This document shows, one piece after another, positions 41,951 through 51,363 of a stretch of 64,000 nt of DNA. The translations under genes were made by a program, and so were the position numbers. Location of the stretch: positions 5,712 through 69,711 of IMG/VR virus record IMGVR_UViG_3300030419_005344. One strand, written 5' to 3'. The notes beneath the pieces were generated by a model. The model saw only the letters and a program-made list of their open reading frames with translations. It had not been told where the DNA came from and did no database searches. The DNA is from a virus. Position 1 is the first letter of the stretch. Each line of letters opens with the position of its first letter.

Positions 41951-42633
41951 TTTGTTTCCTCGTCAAGTTTAGCCCAATAGTGTCCCATGGTCATTTTTGT
42001 GCTGTTACTAGTGCTGGTTCTATCATTATCAACGTATTTCGATAACGGCATCACCCTAAAGTCGATACTTACTCTTGTCTTTCCGGTCTTATTTACCTTG
42101 TTTCCATGTTTCCAGTTGGCACCACTCCAAACATAATAACCACCGACGGCCGAGTTGAGTGGCACGTAATCCTCAAGCCCCTCTTGTGTCTCTGTCCATA
42201 CAGTGCTTGTATCATGAGCGTCAGTTAATGGCAAATATATATTAATTTCTTCAGAAGAATGGTTGTAATCTTTATCTCTATGCCACTCTGCAACACCAAG
42301 ATTGTTTGGCACTTGTGTTCTAAAAGTTGGAATTTTTTGGTATATAATTGGCTCACTAAACAAAGGTTGAATATTTTCTTGAATAAAAAGTTTATAAGTG
42401 CTATAAAAAATACTGTCTTTAGGCATATCATAAAATGTCTTATGAAAAATTGTAGACTGATCAGTCTCAAAAGTTAAAACATCAAAATCGCTGGCGTACA
42501 CATTGTGTATTTGATTTAATTCTTTCGTTTTAAACCAGCTTGCTACTTCGCTAGACAAATTGTATTTTTTAACATCATACTCAAAAAACATTGGTTTTGT
42601 TAAGCCATAATCTAAATTTATTTTACCACCCAT
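41947..42633 (-). CDS. StrG-like 2OG-Fe(II) oxygenase-fold protein
   Basis: 'YQKIPTFR...EWHRD..YNH...EINIYLPLT...HGN..NKTGKTRVSIDFR' (HxD...H...RxS). Confidence 0.7.
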   Translation of the reverse strand: MGGKINLDYGLTKPMFFEYDVKKYNLSSEVASWFKTKELNQIHNVYASDFDVLTFETDQSTIFHKTFYDMPKDSIFYSTYKLFIQENIQPLFSEPIIYQKIPTFRTQVPNNLGVAEWHRDKDYNHSSEEINIYLPLTDAHDTSTVWTETQEGLEDYVPLNSAVGGYYVWSGANWKHGNKVNKTGKTRVSIDFRVMPLSKYVDNDRTSTSNSTKMTMGHYWAKLDEETK

Positions 42634-43780
42634 TTTTCATGCACTCCACTATGTATTGTCTCTCTTCGTCAGAGATCCACCAACCAGCAGGAATACAGAT
42701 CATCTCATTAACCAAGCTATCTAGGTTTTTTAGTTCTGTTTTATATTGCTGAACGCAAGAATGCTTGTCATTTCTTTCATGTACTCGGGAAACCATGATA
42801 TTGCAGCTTTTCATTTTTGACATAAAATCATCCTGACGTTCTACTTTCAAAGTATAAATCCAAAAAGATGACTCGCAATCAGATGATCTATCAAGCAGTG
42901 TTACACCCTTGATACCTTCAAGGTTTTTATCATAAAATGCTGCATTTTCTTTATGGCGACTTATTATCTTTCCTACATGTTTCAAGTTTGACAAACCAAT
43001 GGTTGCGTTTATATCATTCATATGAAATTTGAATCCCCACTCAGGGATGTCATCCTCGCATCTGAAGTCTTTCCTGTTTGACTCCCTATCAATCCCATAC
43101 CACCTTAATAGCTTTGCTCTTTTATATTCTTCCTCATTAGGCAATATCAGAGCGCCGCCGTCAACAGATGTCAAGTGCTTAATCGCTTGAAAACTATAAC
43201 ATGCATAATTTCCGTGATTACCTAAATTAAGTCCTTTGTATTTAGATCCAAAACCATGAGCGCAATCTTCTATAATAAGAGGGGCAAAACCATACAACTC
43301 AATTGATTTTTGTTGAATTTTCTTGAGTCTATCTAAATCAACCGGGTAACCTCCCCAGTGAACTACAATTATAATTTTAGTTTTTTCTGATATTTTGTTC
43401 TCTAGATCATCTAGATCTAGATTACAAGTTTGAGGATCTGAGTCTACCCATTTTAAATTTAGGCCATTTGCCAAAGCGGGCCAGTTAGTTGCTGTACAAG
43501 TTAAAGCGGACGTTAGAACCTCATCCCCGTCTTGCACTCCGGGCCAGTTTTCTGATCTTGGTTTCCTCCTAATCATAGATACTGCAAGATGTAATGCAGA
43601 TGTAGCAGAGTTCAAAGCCACTAAATTGTTGCAACCCAAGTAATCTGAAAGTGCTTTTTCAAATTCTTTTACTTTTGGTCCTTCACCAATGTACCCTGAC
43701 AGTAGAACCTTTTCCACCTCTTTTGGGGTATCAGGGTGCATACTTACCTTAAACAAAGGTATTAAATCGTTATTTGACAT
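42623..43780 (-). CDS. DegT/DnrJ/EryC1/StrS PLP-dependent sugar aminotransferase
   Basis: 'NSATSALHLA', 'VHWGG', 'IEDCAH', 'SFQAIKHLTS.DGG'. Confidence 0.92.
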   Translation of the reverse strand: MSNNDLIPLFKVSMHPDTPKEVEKVLLSGYIGEGPKVKEFEKALSDYLGCNNLVALNSATSALHLAVSMIRRKPRSENWPGVQDGDEVLTSALTCTATNWPALANGLNLKWVDSDPQTCNLDLDDLENKISEKTKIIIVVHWGGYPVDLDRLKKIQQKSIELYGFAPLIIEDCAHGFGSKYKGLNLGNHGNYACYSFQAIKHLTSVDGGALILPNEEEYKRAKLLRWYGIDRESNRKDFRCEDDIPEWGFKFHMNDINATIGLSNLKHVGKIISRHKENAAFYDKNLEGIKGVTLLDRSSDCESSFWIYTLKVERQDDFMSKMKSCNIMVSRVHERNDKHSCVQQYKTELKNLDSLVNEMICIPAGWWISDEERQYIVECMKNGW

Positions 43781-43781
43781 T

Positions 43782-44339
43782 TTAATCCTCTCGTCTATGT
43801 GTGACTAACGTGATCGATGGATGGTTTTCTAACACCAAAATATTAAACCTGTTGTTGCTGTTTTCTGCTTTAATAACTGGTTGGATAAGAGATTTGTTAA
43901 ATTTAGACATCCAATAAACATTATCTCTTGCGAATGAACCGCCTTCTAAAACACAAACACCATTTGGTGAAAGCTTTTGCATATAATGTTCAAAGGTGTG
44001 TTTATAAACATCTCCATTATTTGCTATATCAATATGTAAAATGTCAATTTGACCATCTTTAAATTCGTTTTCAGATCCAAAAAAGTCACCTCTTCTTATT
44101 GAAACATTCTTATGTTTTTCAAATTTTTCAACAATGTCTGTGTAGCTTGCTGCGTTATATGGAAATTGTTCGAATATATCATAAGCAAGTATTTCGGTGT
44201 CTGGCGAGCACACATCCACCCAAGTGGTTAATGAGTATGCTTCCAGAATCCCAAACTCTACTACTTTTTTAGGACGCACAACATGGGCCAGTGCTCGGAA
44301 TACATTATCATAATTGTTTTCTTTATAAGATGATTTCAT
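43782..44339 (-). CDS. Class I SAM-dependent (sugar O-)methyltransferase
   Basis: 'PKKVVEFGILEAYS', 'AYDIF', 'IDILHIDI', 'LSPNGVCVLEG'. Confidence 0.7.
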   Translation of the reverse strand: MKSSYKENNYDNVFRALAHVVRPKKVVEFGILEAYSLTTWVDVCSPDTEILAYDIFEQFPYNAASYTDIVEKFEKHKNVSIRRGDFFGSENEFKDGQIDILHIDIANNGDVYKHTFEHYMQKLSPNGVCVLEGGSFARDNVYWMSKFNKSLIQPVIKAENSNNRFNILVLENHPSITLVTHRRED

Positions 44340-45329
44340 TTAAATCCCCATCTGCATGCAAGTAATCGCCTCGGCCACCATTTTAGTTGATTCTTCCTTG
44401 GAGCATGGCATTTCTACCGTAGATAGTGGAAGCGGAGGCCCAAAATAACCACCGCCGCCATTTTGACTCCGCAAAGTAAAGTGATCTTTATACAATTCAA
44501 TAATCCACTCAACTGCTTCCGAATCAGACATGTTAGTCTGTTCAGACAAATAATGAGCAAACGTCGAACAGTGTTTTTGGTCAATATTGTTTTGCATCAT
44601 AATATCTAACTTTAATCCATATCCGTCTATTTCTTCTTTGGCTATTTTCGGATTGAACATATTTCTATCAGCATCTGGCCTCTGATTTGACGTTCTGATG
44701 TGTTGTACTACTGGTAAGGTTTTGATTTTTCCTCGGCAAGCAGATGCAAATAAATAAACTCTATCTAAAAAGTTTAATGGGCAAATACAAGGGTTGTCAA
44801 TAAAATTTTGCATTATGTCTACAGCGTCTTCAGTTCGTACAACAGAATGCATACAACCTCTACTACAGTATACAACGGCGAACCTAATACGGTCCAAAAT
44901 GTCCATGGAGTCCCAGTCACAAAGTGCTCTGGCTCGAAATACATCAGGCTTTGGTGCAGGAAAAACAGAATTTGTGTTTGGTGTCCACTCTACTACTTCT
45001 CCATCGCATACTGAGTAGTCAGAATTATTCTCTAGAAAGTTAACACACCGCTCTATTGACTCCTGTGTCATGATATCATCGTCTGGACAGTTTAAAAGAT
45101 AAGGAGTTTTAACCATCTTATAGGCATTTAGATAACTCATATGTTGGAATTCAGGGCCAGCATGAAAGTATTCTAAATCTCCCAAGTACCCACCATAAGG
45201 GTTGACGCTAGCGTCATATATGATTTTGCGATACGGGCGCTCATCATAATATTTTACAATTGATTGTAGGTTAAAGTGCCTATCTCTAACCGGGATCACC
45301 AACGTAAAAAGATCATTTAGATTTTTCAT
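44340..45329 (-). CDS. GT-A glycosyltransferase (GT2 / TIGR00180-like), similar to 38542-39498
   Basis: 'LVIPVRDRH', 'IIYDAS', 'VKTPY...CPDDD', 'FLENNSDYSVCDG'. Confidence 0.7.
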   Translation of the reverse strand: MKNLNDLFTLVIPVRDRHFNLQSIVKYYDERPYRKIIYDASVNPYGGYLGDLEYFHAGPEFQHMSYLNAYKMVKTPYLLNCPDDDIMTQESIERCVNFLENNSDYSVCDGEVVEWTPNTNSVFPAPKPDVFRARALCDWDSMDILDRIRFAVVYCSRGCMHSVVRTEDAVDIMQNFIDNPCICPLNFLDRVYLFASACRGKIKTLPVVQHIRTSNQRPDADRNMFNPKIAKEEIDGYGLKLDIMMQNNIDQKHCSTFAHYLSEQTNMSDSEAVEWIIELYKDHFTLRSQNGGGGYFGPPLPLSTVEMPCSKEESTKMVAEAITCMQMGI

Positions 45330-46036
45330 TTAGGCACCTCCAATTCTGTATATCCTTTTTCGTTTCTTAGTTGATTAATTTTTTCCCAAACAGATTCATT
45401 GAAAACATTTTCGGTTGGCAAAACGCAACGGACTAACAAACAATTATTTTCTTCAACCACAGCTTTCATTCTATCTTGAACCTGCTTATATCTGTTGTTA
45501 TCAAGAGGTTCTGCTATGGCCACATGTCCTCCATGTTTTGTAGGTCGTGAATGCATCTTGTGATGATAATCACCGTCTGGGTCTTGCCCCAGTGATACAA
45601 ATTTTGTGAAACCATTGTGGATCAACCACCGAAGTGCTGATTCATTGGAGCTTCTAGTTTCAAAGTAAACTATATCTGGGTTGAAAGGTAAATTAAATTT
45701 TCTGCTTGTGTGAATATTAAAAGGGTGTATATTCATAAACGGCTCAAGTTGTTTGGTTACAGTTTGATAATTAAATTGTGGACTAGGATGCATGTTAACA
45801 CCATTCACACTGTGTGGAAATTCTGGGAGTGCTAGATTATCTATTGATTCTAGTTCTTTTTTAGAAAAATCTTGAAAATAACAAGCATCGTTGACAACCC
45901 AAAAATCAGTTCTCTCAATAAGTTTTGGCGTAACATTAACACCGCAAGTGTAATATTTGTCTGAGTACCTTACCTTGCGGGCTGTTGGGCCAGCGGATAC
46001 TAGAATAACAAACTTATCTTTGTTGTAATCTTTCAT
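45326..46036 (-). CDS. Hypothetical; possible Maf/MptE-like or GT42-like ulosonate transferase fold
   Basis: 'VILVSAGPTA...CGVN...DFWVVND' and 'SS..SALRWL...GF...LGQD' echo the GxGPS...GxD pattern. Directly downstream of neuA. Confidence 0.4.
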   Translation of the reverse strand: MKDYNKDKFVILVSAGPTARKVRYSDKYYTCGVNVTPKLIERTDFWVVNDACYFQDFSKKELESIDNLALPEFPHSVNGVNMHPSPQFNYQTVTKQLEPFMNIHPFNIHTSRKFNLPFNPDIVYFETRSSNESALRWLIHNGFTKFVSLGQDPDGDYHHKMHSRPTKHGGHVAIAEPLDNNRYKQVQDRMKAVVEENNCLLVRCVLPTENVFNESVWEKINQLRNEKGYTELEVPK

Positions 46037-46679
46037 TGTATATAAACTCTGCTATTTTAAAATCTAATTCTGTATCTACATCCGTTGATTCCACATCATC
46101 TAAGAAAAACGGATAAAACTTATCTCCCACTATGTTCTTTCTAGAAAGCATACTTTTTCTAGTTATCAGATTAACTGCAAAATTTAAAGCATAATAGTTA
46201 GGTAAATCTTGAGATCTTGGATGATTGTTGGGGTCATAATTAACTGGCTGATCAGCGTGCCAGATGTATTCATGCACTTGATGTACTGTGGCTAATGAAT
46301 CATATTCATTTGGGAGTGACATATATTTGTTTATGGACTTTTTAAGAGAGCTATCCAAAAGTAGTGGGCTAGTTACATGTGCGTACAGAATATGCTCATC
46401 CTGTGTCATATTAGCTAAATACTCATACACCTCGTTCATAGGCACACTGTCAGAGGCGTAATATGGATCTCTTAAGTCTGTCTTAACATCATACTTGCTA
46501 GCTAACGACAACATTTTTTCGCAATCACTGCTCACATAGATATTACTTATATTATCCATTCTTAGTAATTGCTGTATTTTAATTTCTAGCAAATTTGAAT
46601 CAGCAAAAGGTCGAGAGTTTTTATTGACAACTCTTTTAGAGCCTTTTCTAACTGCTATAATCGCTGATAGATTATTCAT
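46014..46679 (-). CDS. neuA: Acylneuraminate/ulosonate cytidylyltransferase (copy 1)
   Basis: 'AIIAVRKGSKRVVNKN', 'VSSD', 'TSPL', 'DVDTELDFKIAE'. Confidence 0.85.
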   Translation of the reverse strand: MNNLSAIIAVRKGSKRVVNKNSRPFADSNLLEIKIQQLLRMDNISNIYVSSDCEKMLSLASKYDVKTDLRDPYYASDSVPMNEVYEYLANMTQDEHILYAHVTSPLLLDSSLKKSINKYMSLPNEYDSLATVHQVHEYIWHADQPVNYDPNNHPRSQDLPNYYALNFAVNLITRKSMLSRKNIVGDKFYPFFLDDVESTDVDTELDFKIAEFIYNERLQQR

Positions 46680-47577
46680 TAGTAAGCGCCTCAAAGCATT
46701 CTAATATGCCTTTGTCAATGTCAGTTTGGGGAGACCAGCCATGTTGAATTAGTTTTGAGTTGTTGCCACTAACCCCATGGGGATCCCCAGCATGTCCACC
46801 TATATTTTCTGCCTTTACAGATTTTTTAGATATTTTCAGTATTAATTGAATTAAGTTATTTAAAGTTATTTTGGAGCCCGAACATACGTTGTAAATTCCT
46901 TCTACTGATTTGTCTTCTAACGGTAGAAGCATTGCATTGATAACGTCATTTACATGTATCAGATCACGAAATCTTTCCAATGACCCTTTAACTTGAATAG
47001 TATCGCTCTTAATAGCTTGATTTAAAAAGATACTAACAAGACCTTGAGTTAGATTTTTTGTATCTTGATGTGGACCATAGCAATTAAATATCCTATAAAT
47101 AACACAGCGCATGTCAGGATTTAGTTGATTATAAAAATTTATGTAATGCTCCCCACACATCTTACTTATGCCATATGGAGATACAGGTTGTAATAAATCT
47201 GTTTCTTCAGCGTTTTCATTTTCTCCATATACAGCCATACTTGAGGAATAAATCACAGTTTGTACATTGTTTAAGGCAGCAAATTTAGAAACATTAAGTG
47301 TCCCTAATGCATTACATTCTAAATCAAATTTAAGATTGTCTAGGGCACCAAGAGTGCCTACTTGTGCAGCAAGATGGTATATTACCTCACATTTTGGTAA
47401 TTTTAATACAGATTCATAGTTTGTTATGTCACATGAAACACATTCAAAATTGTCGTAATGATATTTTGTAAATTTCTGACTTAAATCGCATAATACAATT
47501 CTGTGCCCAATTGACTTTAATTTATCAGCCAAATGTGTTCCTATGTAGCCAGCGCCGCCTGTGATCATTATATTCAT
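46672..47577 (-). CDS. NAD-dependent epimerase/dehydratase
   Basis: 'TGGAGYIG', 'HLAAQ', 'SSMAVYG', 'SPYGISK', 'RIFNCYGP'. Confidence 0.9.
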   Translation of the reverse strand: MNIMITGGAGYIGTHLADKLKSIGHRIVLCDLSQKFTKYHYDNFECVSCDITNYESVLKLPKCEVIYHLAAQVGTLGALDNLKFDLECNALGTLNVSKFAALNNVQTVIYSSSMAVYGENENAEETDLLQPVSPYGISKMCGEHYINFYNQLNPDMRCVIYRIFNCYGPHQDTKNLTQGLVSIFLNQAIKSDTIQVKGSLERFRDLIHVNDVINAMLLPLEDKSVEGIYNVCSGSKITLNNLIQLILKISKKSVKAENIGGHAGDPHGVSGNNSKLIQHGWSPQTDIDKGILECFEALTNE

Positions 47578-48296
47578 TATAACTGTCCACCATTAATGTC
47601 TAACACACATCCTGTTATATACGAAGCAGCATCTGAACATAAAAACAACACTGGCAAAGACTGATCACGCGGTTCGGCCAATCTTCTCAGGGGAATATTG
47701 GCGGACAATTTTTGAATTTCTTTCTTTGTCATCGACTCTTTTAGCATATCTGTCTCAGTTTGACTAGGACAGGTGGCATTTATATTAATACCATATGGCG
47801 AGGACTCCTGTGATAGCTGCCTTGTAAGACCAAGGATTGCAGCTTTGCTAGCTGTATAATGTGCTCCACTTACAATACTTTTGTTTCGACCTGCTATAGA
47901 TGAAACATTTACAATCTTACCAAAATTATTTGTTTTCATTTTCTTAATAGCTAATTTACAGGTAATATAAAAAGATCTCAAATTAACTGATAAAACTTCG
48001 TCCCACTCCTCTACATCAATATCTTCTACCTTTTTACAAAAGTTAATTGCTGCTACATTAACAAGAAAATCAAGTCTTTCTATTTTTGAAAAAGCCTTTT
48101 TTATTTCCTCGGCGTTTTGTATGTTACATTGTAGGTGATTTGCTTTTAATATTTTTTTGCATTGAGATTTAGATCTGGATATATAGTATACATTGGCTCC
48201 AGAGTCTAGAAAGTCTTCTACGATCCTTCGACCAATGCCTCGGGAACCGCCGACAACTAAAACAGTTTTATTTGTAAAATTGAATTTAATGTTCAT
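47577..48296 (-). CDS. SDR family oxidoreductase (FabG-like)
   Basis: 'GGSRGIG', 'LVNVAAI', 'VNVSSIAG', 'YTASK'. Start moved to 48296. Confidence 0.88.
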   Translation of the reverse strand: MNIKFNFTNKTVLVVGGSRGIGRRIVEDFLDSGANVYYISRSKSQCKKILKANHLQCNIQNAEEIKKAFSKIERLDFLVNVAAINFCKKVEDIDVEEWDEVLSVNLRSFYITCKLAIKKMKTNNFGKIVNVSSIAGRNKSIVSGAHYTASKAAILGLTRQLSQESSPYGININATCPSQTETDMLKESMTKKEIQKLSANIPLRRLAEPRDQSLPVLFLCSDAASYITGCVLDINGGQL

Positions 48297-48729
48297 TCTG
48301 CTCAATATCAGGGTAGACATGATTAACATCAGGTCGCGTAATAGCATACCTAACACCCGGATTAGTACCAACACATTTAATATGGTGCGGTACGCCCTTT
48401 GGCACTACAATAATATCATGTTTTTTAACTCTCTGAGTGCCTTGACCTTCGATCCACCACTCCCATTCTCCTGCTAGTATAACCCAGTTTTCGTCTGCAT
48501 CAGGATGAAAATGTTTTCTGTTTCCCTCACCGGGCTGTTGTTGTATTACAACTCCTCCAAACAATTCGTTATAAGCTATTCTTACAGCCCAAGAGCCCAT
48601 ACCTAGTTCATCTCTTAGGTCTTCAAGGTTTATGGTTGTGATATTTTCAAATTGGTGGAAAGAACAAAGAGAGTCAGAATTTAGACCATCTTCTTTCAAA
48701 ACATTTTTTACATCATCATCGTTCTTCAT
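48286..48729 (-). CDS. Cupin-domain protein
   Basis: 'HFHPDADENWVILAGE...VPKGVPHHI'. Start at ATG 48729, just after the upstream stop. Confidence 0.8.
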   Translation of the reverse strand: MKNDDDVKNVLKEDGLNSDSLCSFHQFENITTINLEDLRDELGMGSWAVRIAYNELFGGVVIQQQPGEGNRKHFHPDADENWVILAGEWEWWIEGQGTQRVKKHDIIVVPKGVPHHIKCVGTNPGVRYAITRPDVNHVYPDIEQNEH

Positions 48730-48731
48730 AT

Positions 48732-49709
48732 TTAAAGTATATCCTGTTTTTCTAACAAAGTCAAGGTATTTTCCCAATTTTTAAATTGTACTGCCTTATC
48801 ATCTATATAACAAACAGCCCGAGGCTTCTCGGCTGTTACTTTACTAATGTATTGTGATAAATTATGTTTATCAAGCCACTCCCAAATTAATTGGACACCA
48901 GTCTTTCCATTAACAAGGCCTCGGTCACCGCGTGCTTTACAGGTATAAATTATGATTGTATATTGCTTTGCCAACATCTTGAGTGCTTCCTCGGCGCCAT
49001 CCACCGGCTCATCATATATTGTACCATCATGATATCCCTTGGAACATTTATGGATAACTCCATCAAAATCTATTCCCATATTTACAAGTTCATCCGGATA
49101 ACTATGTTTGCGTACCTTGCCGCCTCTCCAGTTAAGTTTTTCTAATTCTTCCGGTGTGTTTTTTCCAATTGGAGGACAAACATGGCCTGAACCATGTGTT
49201 AATTGATATGTTAATAATAACGTAAGTACTTCTGACGTATGGTAATAATCTGCCCCTAGGACCACTTGTGTAAGATTGTTAACATTTTCCACAATTGGAA
49301 TTGATGTTATCATAGCGACTTCCATTCCATGATCATTACCCCACTGTAGCGCCCTAATAATATCGCGAGACTTACCAGAAGATGAGATACCAAGAACAAG
49401 TGATTTTTTCATTTGCGTTTTGGTTCTTGCAGATGTGCGACTGGATAACCAACTTACCATCCACTGATCAAAACCAACGTCGTTAATCAAAGATGTAGCT
49501 ACAACTCCGCTACCGGGACACATGGCATTCTTATTGCCATTTGATAACCTCGTAATATCTACTGCTGCATGATCAGCAACAGCGAGATTGCCTCCGTGCC
49601 CAAGCACATAAATTTCATTACACCGATTAAATTTTTCTTGCAGTTCTTTCCAAGAATCGGTGTTTACAGTATTGACAAATTTTTCACCTATATTTTCAAA
49701 ATTTAACAT
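48732..49709 (-). CDS. SIS-domain sugar-phosphate isomerase (GmhA-like) fused to a HAD phosphatase/5'-nucleotidase-like domain
   Basis: 'LGHGGNLAVADH', 'GISSSGKS.DI..AL' (SIS). 'IDFDGVIH...YT...EKP....IDDKA' (HAD). Start 49709 with a GAGGTG SD. Confidence 0.8.
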   Translation of the reverse strand: MLNFENIGEKFVNTVNTDSWKELQEKFNRCNEIYVLGHGGNLAVADHAAVDITRLSNGNKNAMCPGSGVVATSLINDVGFDQWMVSWLSSRTSARTKTQMKKSLVLGISSSGKSRDIIRALQWGNDHGMEVAMITSIPIVENVNNLTQVVLGADYYHTSEVLTLLLTYQLTHGSGHVCPPIGKNTPEELEKLNWRGGKVRKHSYPDELVNMGIDFDGVIHKCSKGYHDGTIYDEPVDGAEEALKMLAKQYTIIIYTCKARGDRGLVNGKTGVQLIWEWLDKHNLSQYISKVTAEKPRAVCYIDDKAVQFKNWENTLTLLEKQDIL

Positions 49710-49717
49710 CCAACACC

Positions 49718-50398
49718 TCAAACAATATATCGGGCTGACCAAAGTTGTTCAGCTAATTCTATGTCATGAATATCATCAATATCAATTGACCTTTCTCTTG
49801 GTATTAATATACCTTTAACGTTACCTTTGAAAAAGTTTTTATTTTGCAACAACTTATTCCACTTAGCCATATGAAAACCACCACTTGGCTTATAATACTT
49901 TTTAATAAATTTACTGTTAGTAAGACCAGCCTCTAAGTTATCAAATACTGGCATAACCCAGCCTTCTTTCATGACACACGCTAGCTGTATAGTTTCCGGA
50001 ATTTCAGTCATGCTTAAAACAGAGTCTACATCCTCATTGAGAGCGTCTACTCCTTTTTGTATATCTTTGGATGATATGAACGGACAAGTTGGGAGAAAGT
50101 AAGCAAAAATATCATATTGTTCGTCTGTGTTCTCCATCAGATTTAACATGGCGTTCAGGGCTGTTGCTTTAACCGTTGCGTGCTCTTGTGGCCTATGGTG
50201 CCTCTCAACGTTTAAATCTTGCACAGCACTAAAAATTTTATCACTATCAGTAGATATAAGAACCTTATCAAAACACCCAGAATTAACAACTGCTTCTGTG
50301 GTCCACCTGATTAAAGGTTTTTCTCCGAGTGGATAAATATTCTTGTCTTTAAGCCTAGTAGAGCCGCCGCGAGCAGGGATCACTGCCAGTCTTTTCAT
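49718..50398 (-). CDS. neuA: Acylneuraminate/ulosonate cytidylyltransferase (copy 2)
   Basis: 'VIPARGGSTRLKDKN', 'KPLI', 'STDS', 'PTCPF', 'DIDDIHDIELAE'. Confidence 0.88.
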   Translation of the reverse strand: MKRLAVIPARGGSTRLKDKNIYPLGEKPLIRWTTEAVVNSGCFDKVLISTDSDKIFSAVQDLNVERHHRPQEHATVKATALNAMLNLMENTDEQYDIFAYFLPTCPFISSKDIQKGVDALNEDVDSVLSMTEIPETIQLACVMKEGWVMPVFDNLEAGLTNSKFIKKYYKPSGGFHMAKWNKLLQNKNFFKGNVKGILIPRERSIDIDDIHDIELAEQLWSARYIV

Positions 50399-51363
50399 TT
50401 CTTACTCCTAGTGAGGTATGGTGAGCCGCTAGAAATATCATCCATCATTTGTTCTAGCTCACGAAAATCATTGTCTGGTAATTGCTGCAATGGCATTCTT
50501 TCCTGCCTACTCATAACTCCCATAACATCCATGGCAGATTTGATGCCAAGATGCCAACCAAACTTATCTTTAATTGTGTTAAAGGGCAATTCTACTTTTT
50601 CTATGATATGATTACATTTTTCAGAATCACCATTTTTCCAAGCCTCATAAAAATCAACCTCAATAGATGGATTAAAGCCTCCAGTCCCTGATAGCCAACT
50701 GTGAACATGAGGAGTAAACTTCATCCATTGTTTCATGCCATATCCAGATGTAATAACAGCTAATCGATCACATAGTTTTCTTGAAACCTTATCTGTGTAC
50801 TCATCCTTTTTAGCATCTTCTTTAATGGCAATCACATTATCTAGATCCGCAATTTTGTCTAAGAGTTCCAAAGACCAATCAATGCGTGGTGGCTGACCGG
50901 GGATGCCATTGTTAAGAGGCATTTCGTGAATTAAGATTCCAACGTTACAGTTTTCTGAAACTTCTTTGTAGTGATTATAAACTTGCTCTTCAAAATATAC
51001 TTTCTCTCTAAATATCAGAGAAATAACGTCTGCACCAATCATTTCAGCGTGCTTGGCAAAATCAATAGATGTTTGCGTCGAGCAATGAAGCGGATCTGCC
51101 ACAATTACAACACAATCGTCATCGTTATAGCTTTTCACAGTTCGGGTAACTACCTCATTCAATTGCATAATTTCAATGTCAGATAGGATACTAAATCTAC
51201 TATTGTAGCCCATCACATAAAATACTTTTGCTCCACCCTCATATAAAAATTTAGTATACTGTTCAACAGCGGGCCAATCAACATGAGTGCCGTTCTCTGT
51301 AAAAGGAGTTATGATGGCAAATGCAGGTCCTTTTATTTTTTCTCTTATTTTATCTAAATTCAC
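50395..51363 (-). CDS. DHDPS/N-acetylneuraminate-lyase family class I aldolase
   Basis: 'AIITPF..G..VD', 'AKHAE.IGAD', Schiff-base Lys in 'NVIAIKED', 'IKSAM..MG...RMPL'. Confidence 0.8.
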   Translation of the reverse strand: MNLDKIREKIKGPAFAIITPFTENGTHVDWPAVEQYTKFLYEGGAKVFYVMGYNSRFSILSDIEIMQLNEVVTRTVKSYNDDDCVVIVADPLHCSTQTSIDFAKHAEMIGADVISLIFREKVYFEEQVYNHYKEVSENCNVGILIHEMPLNNGIPGQPPRIDWSLELLDKIADLDNVIAIKEDAKKDEYTDKVSRKLCDRLAVITSGYGMKQWMKFTPHVHSWLSGTGGFNPSIEVDFYEAWKNGDSEKCNHIIEKVELPFNTIKDKFGWHLGIKSAMDVMGVMSRQERMPLQQLPDNDFRELEQMMDDISSGSPYLTRSKK

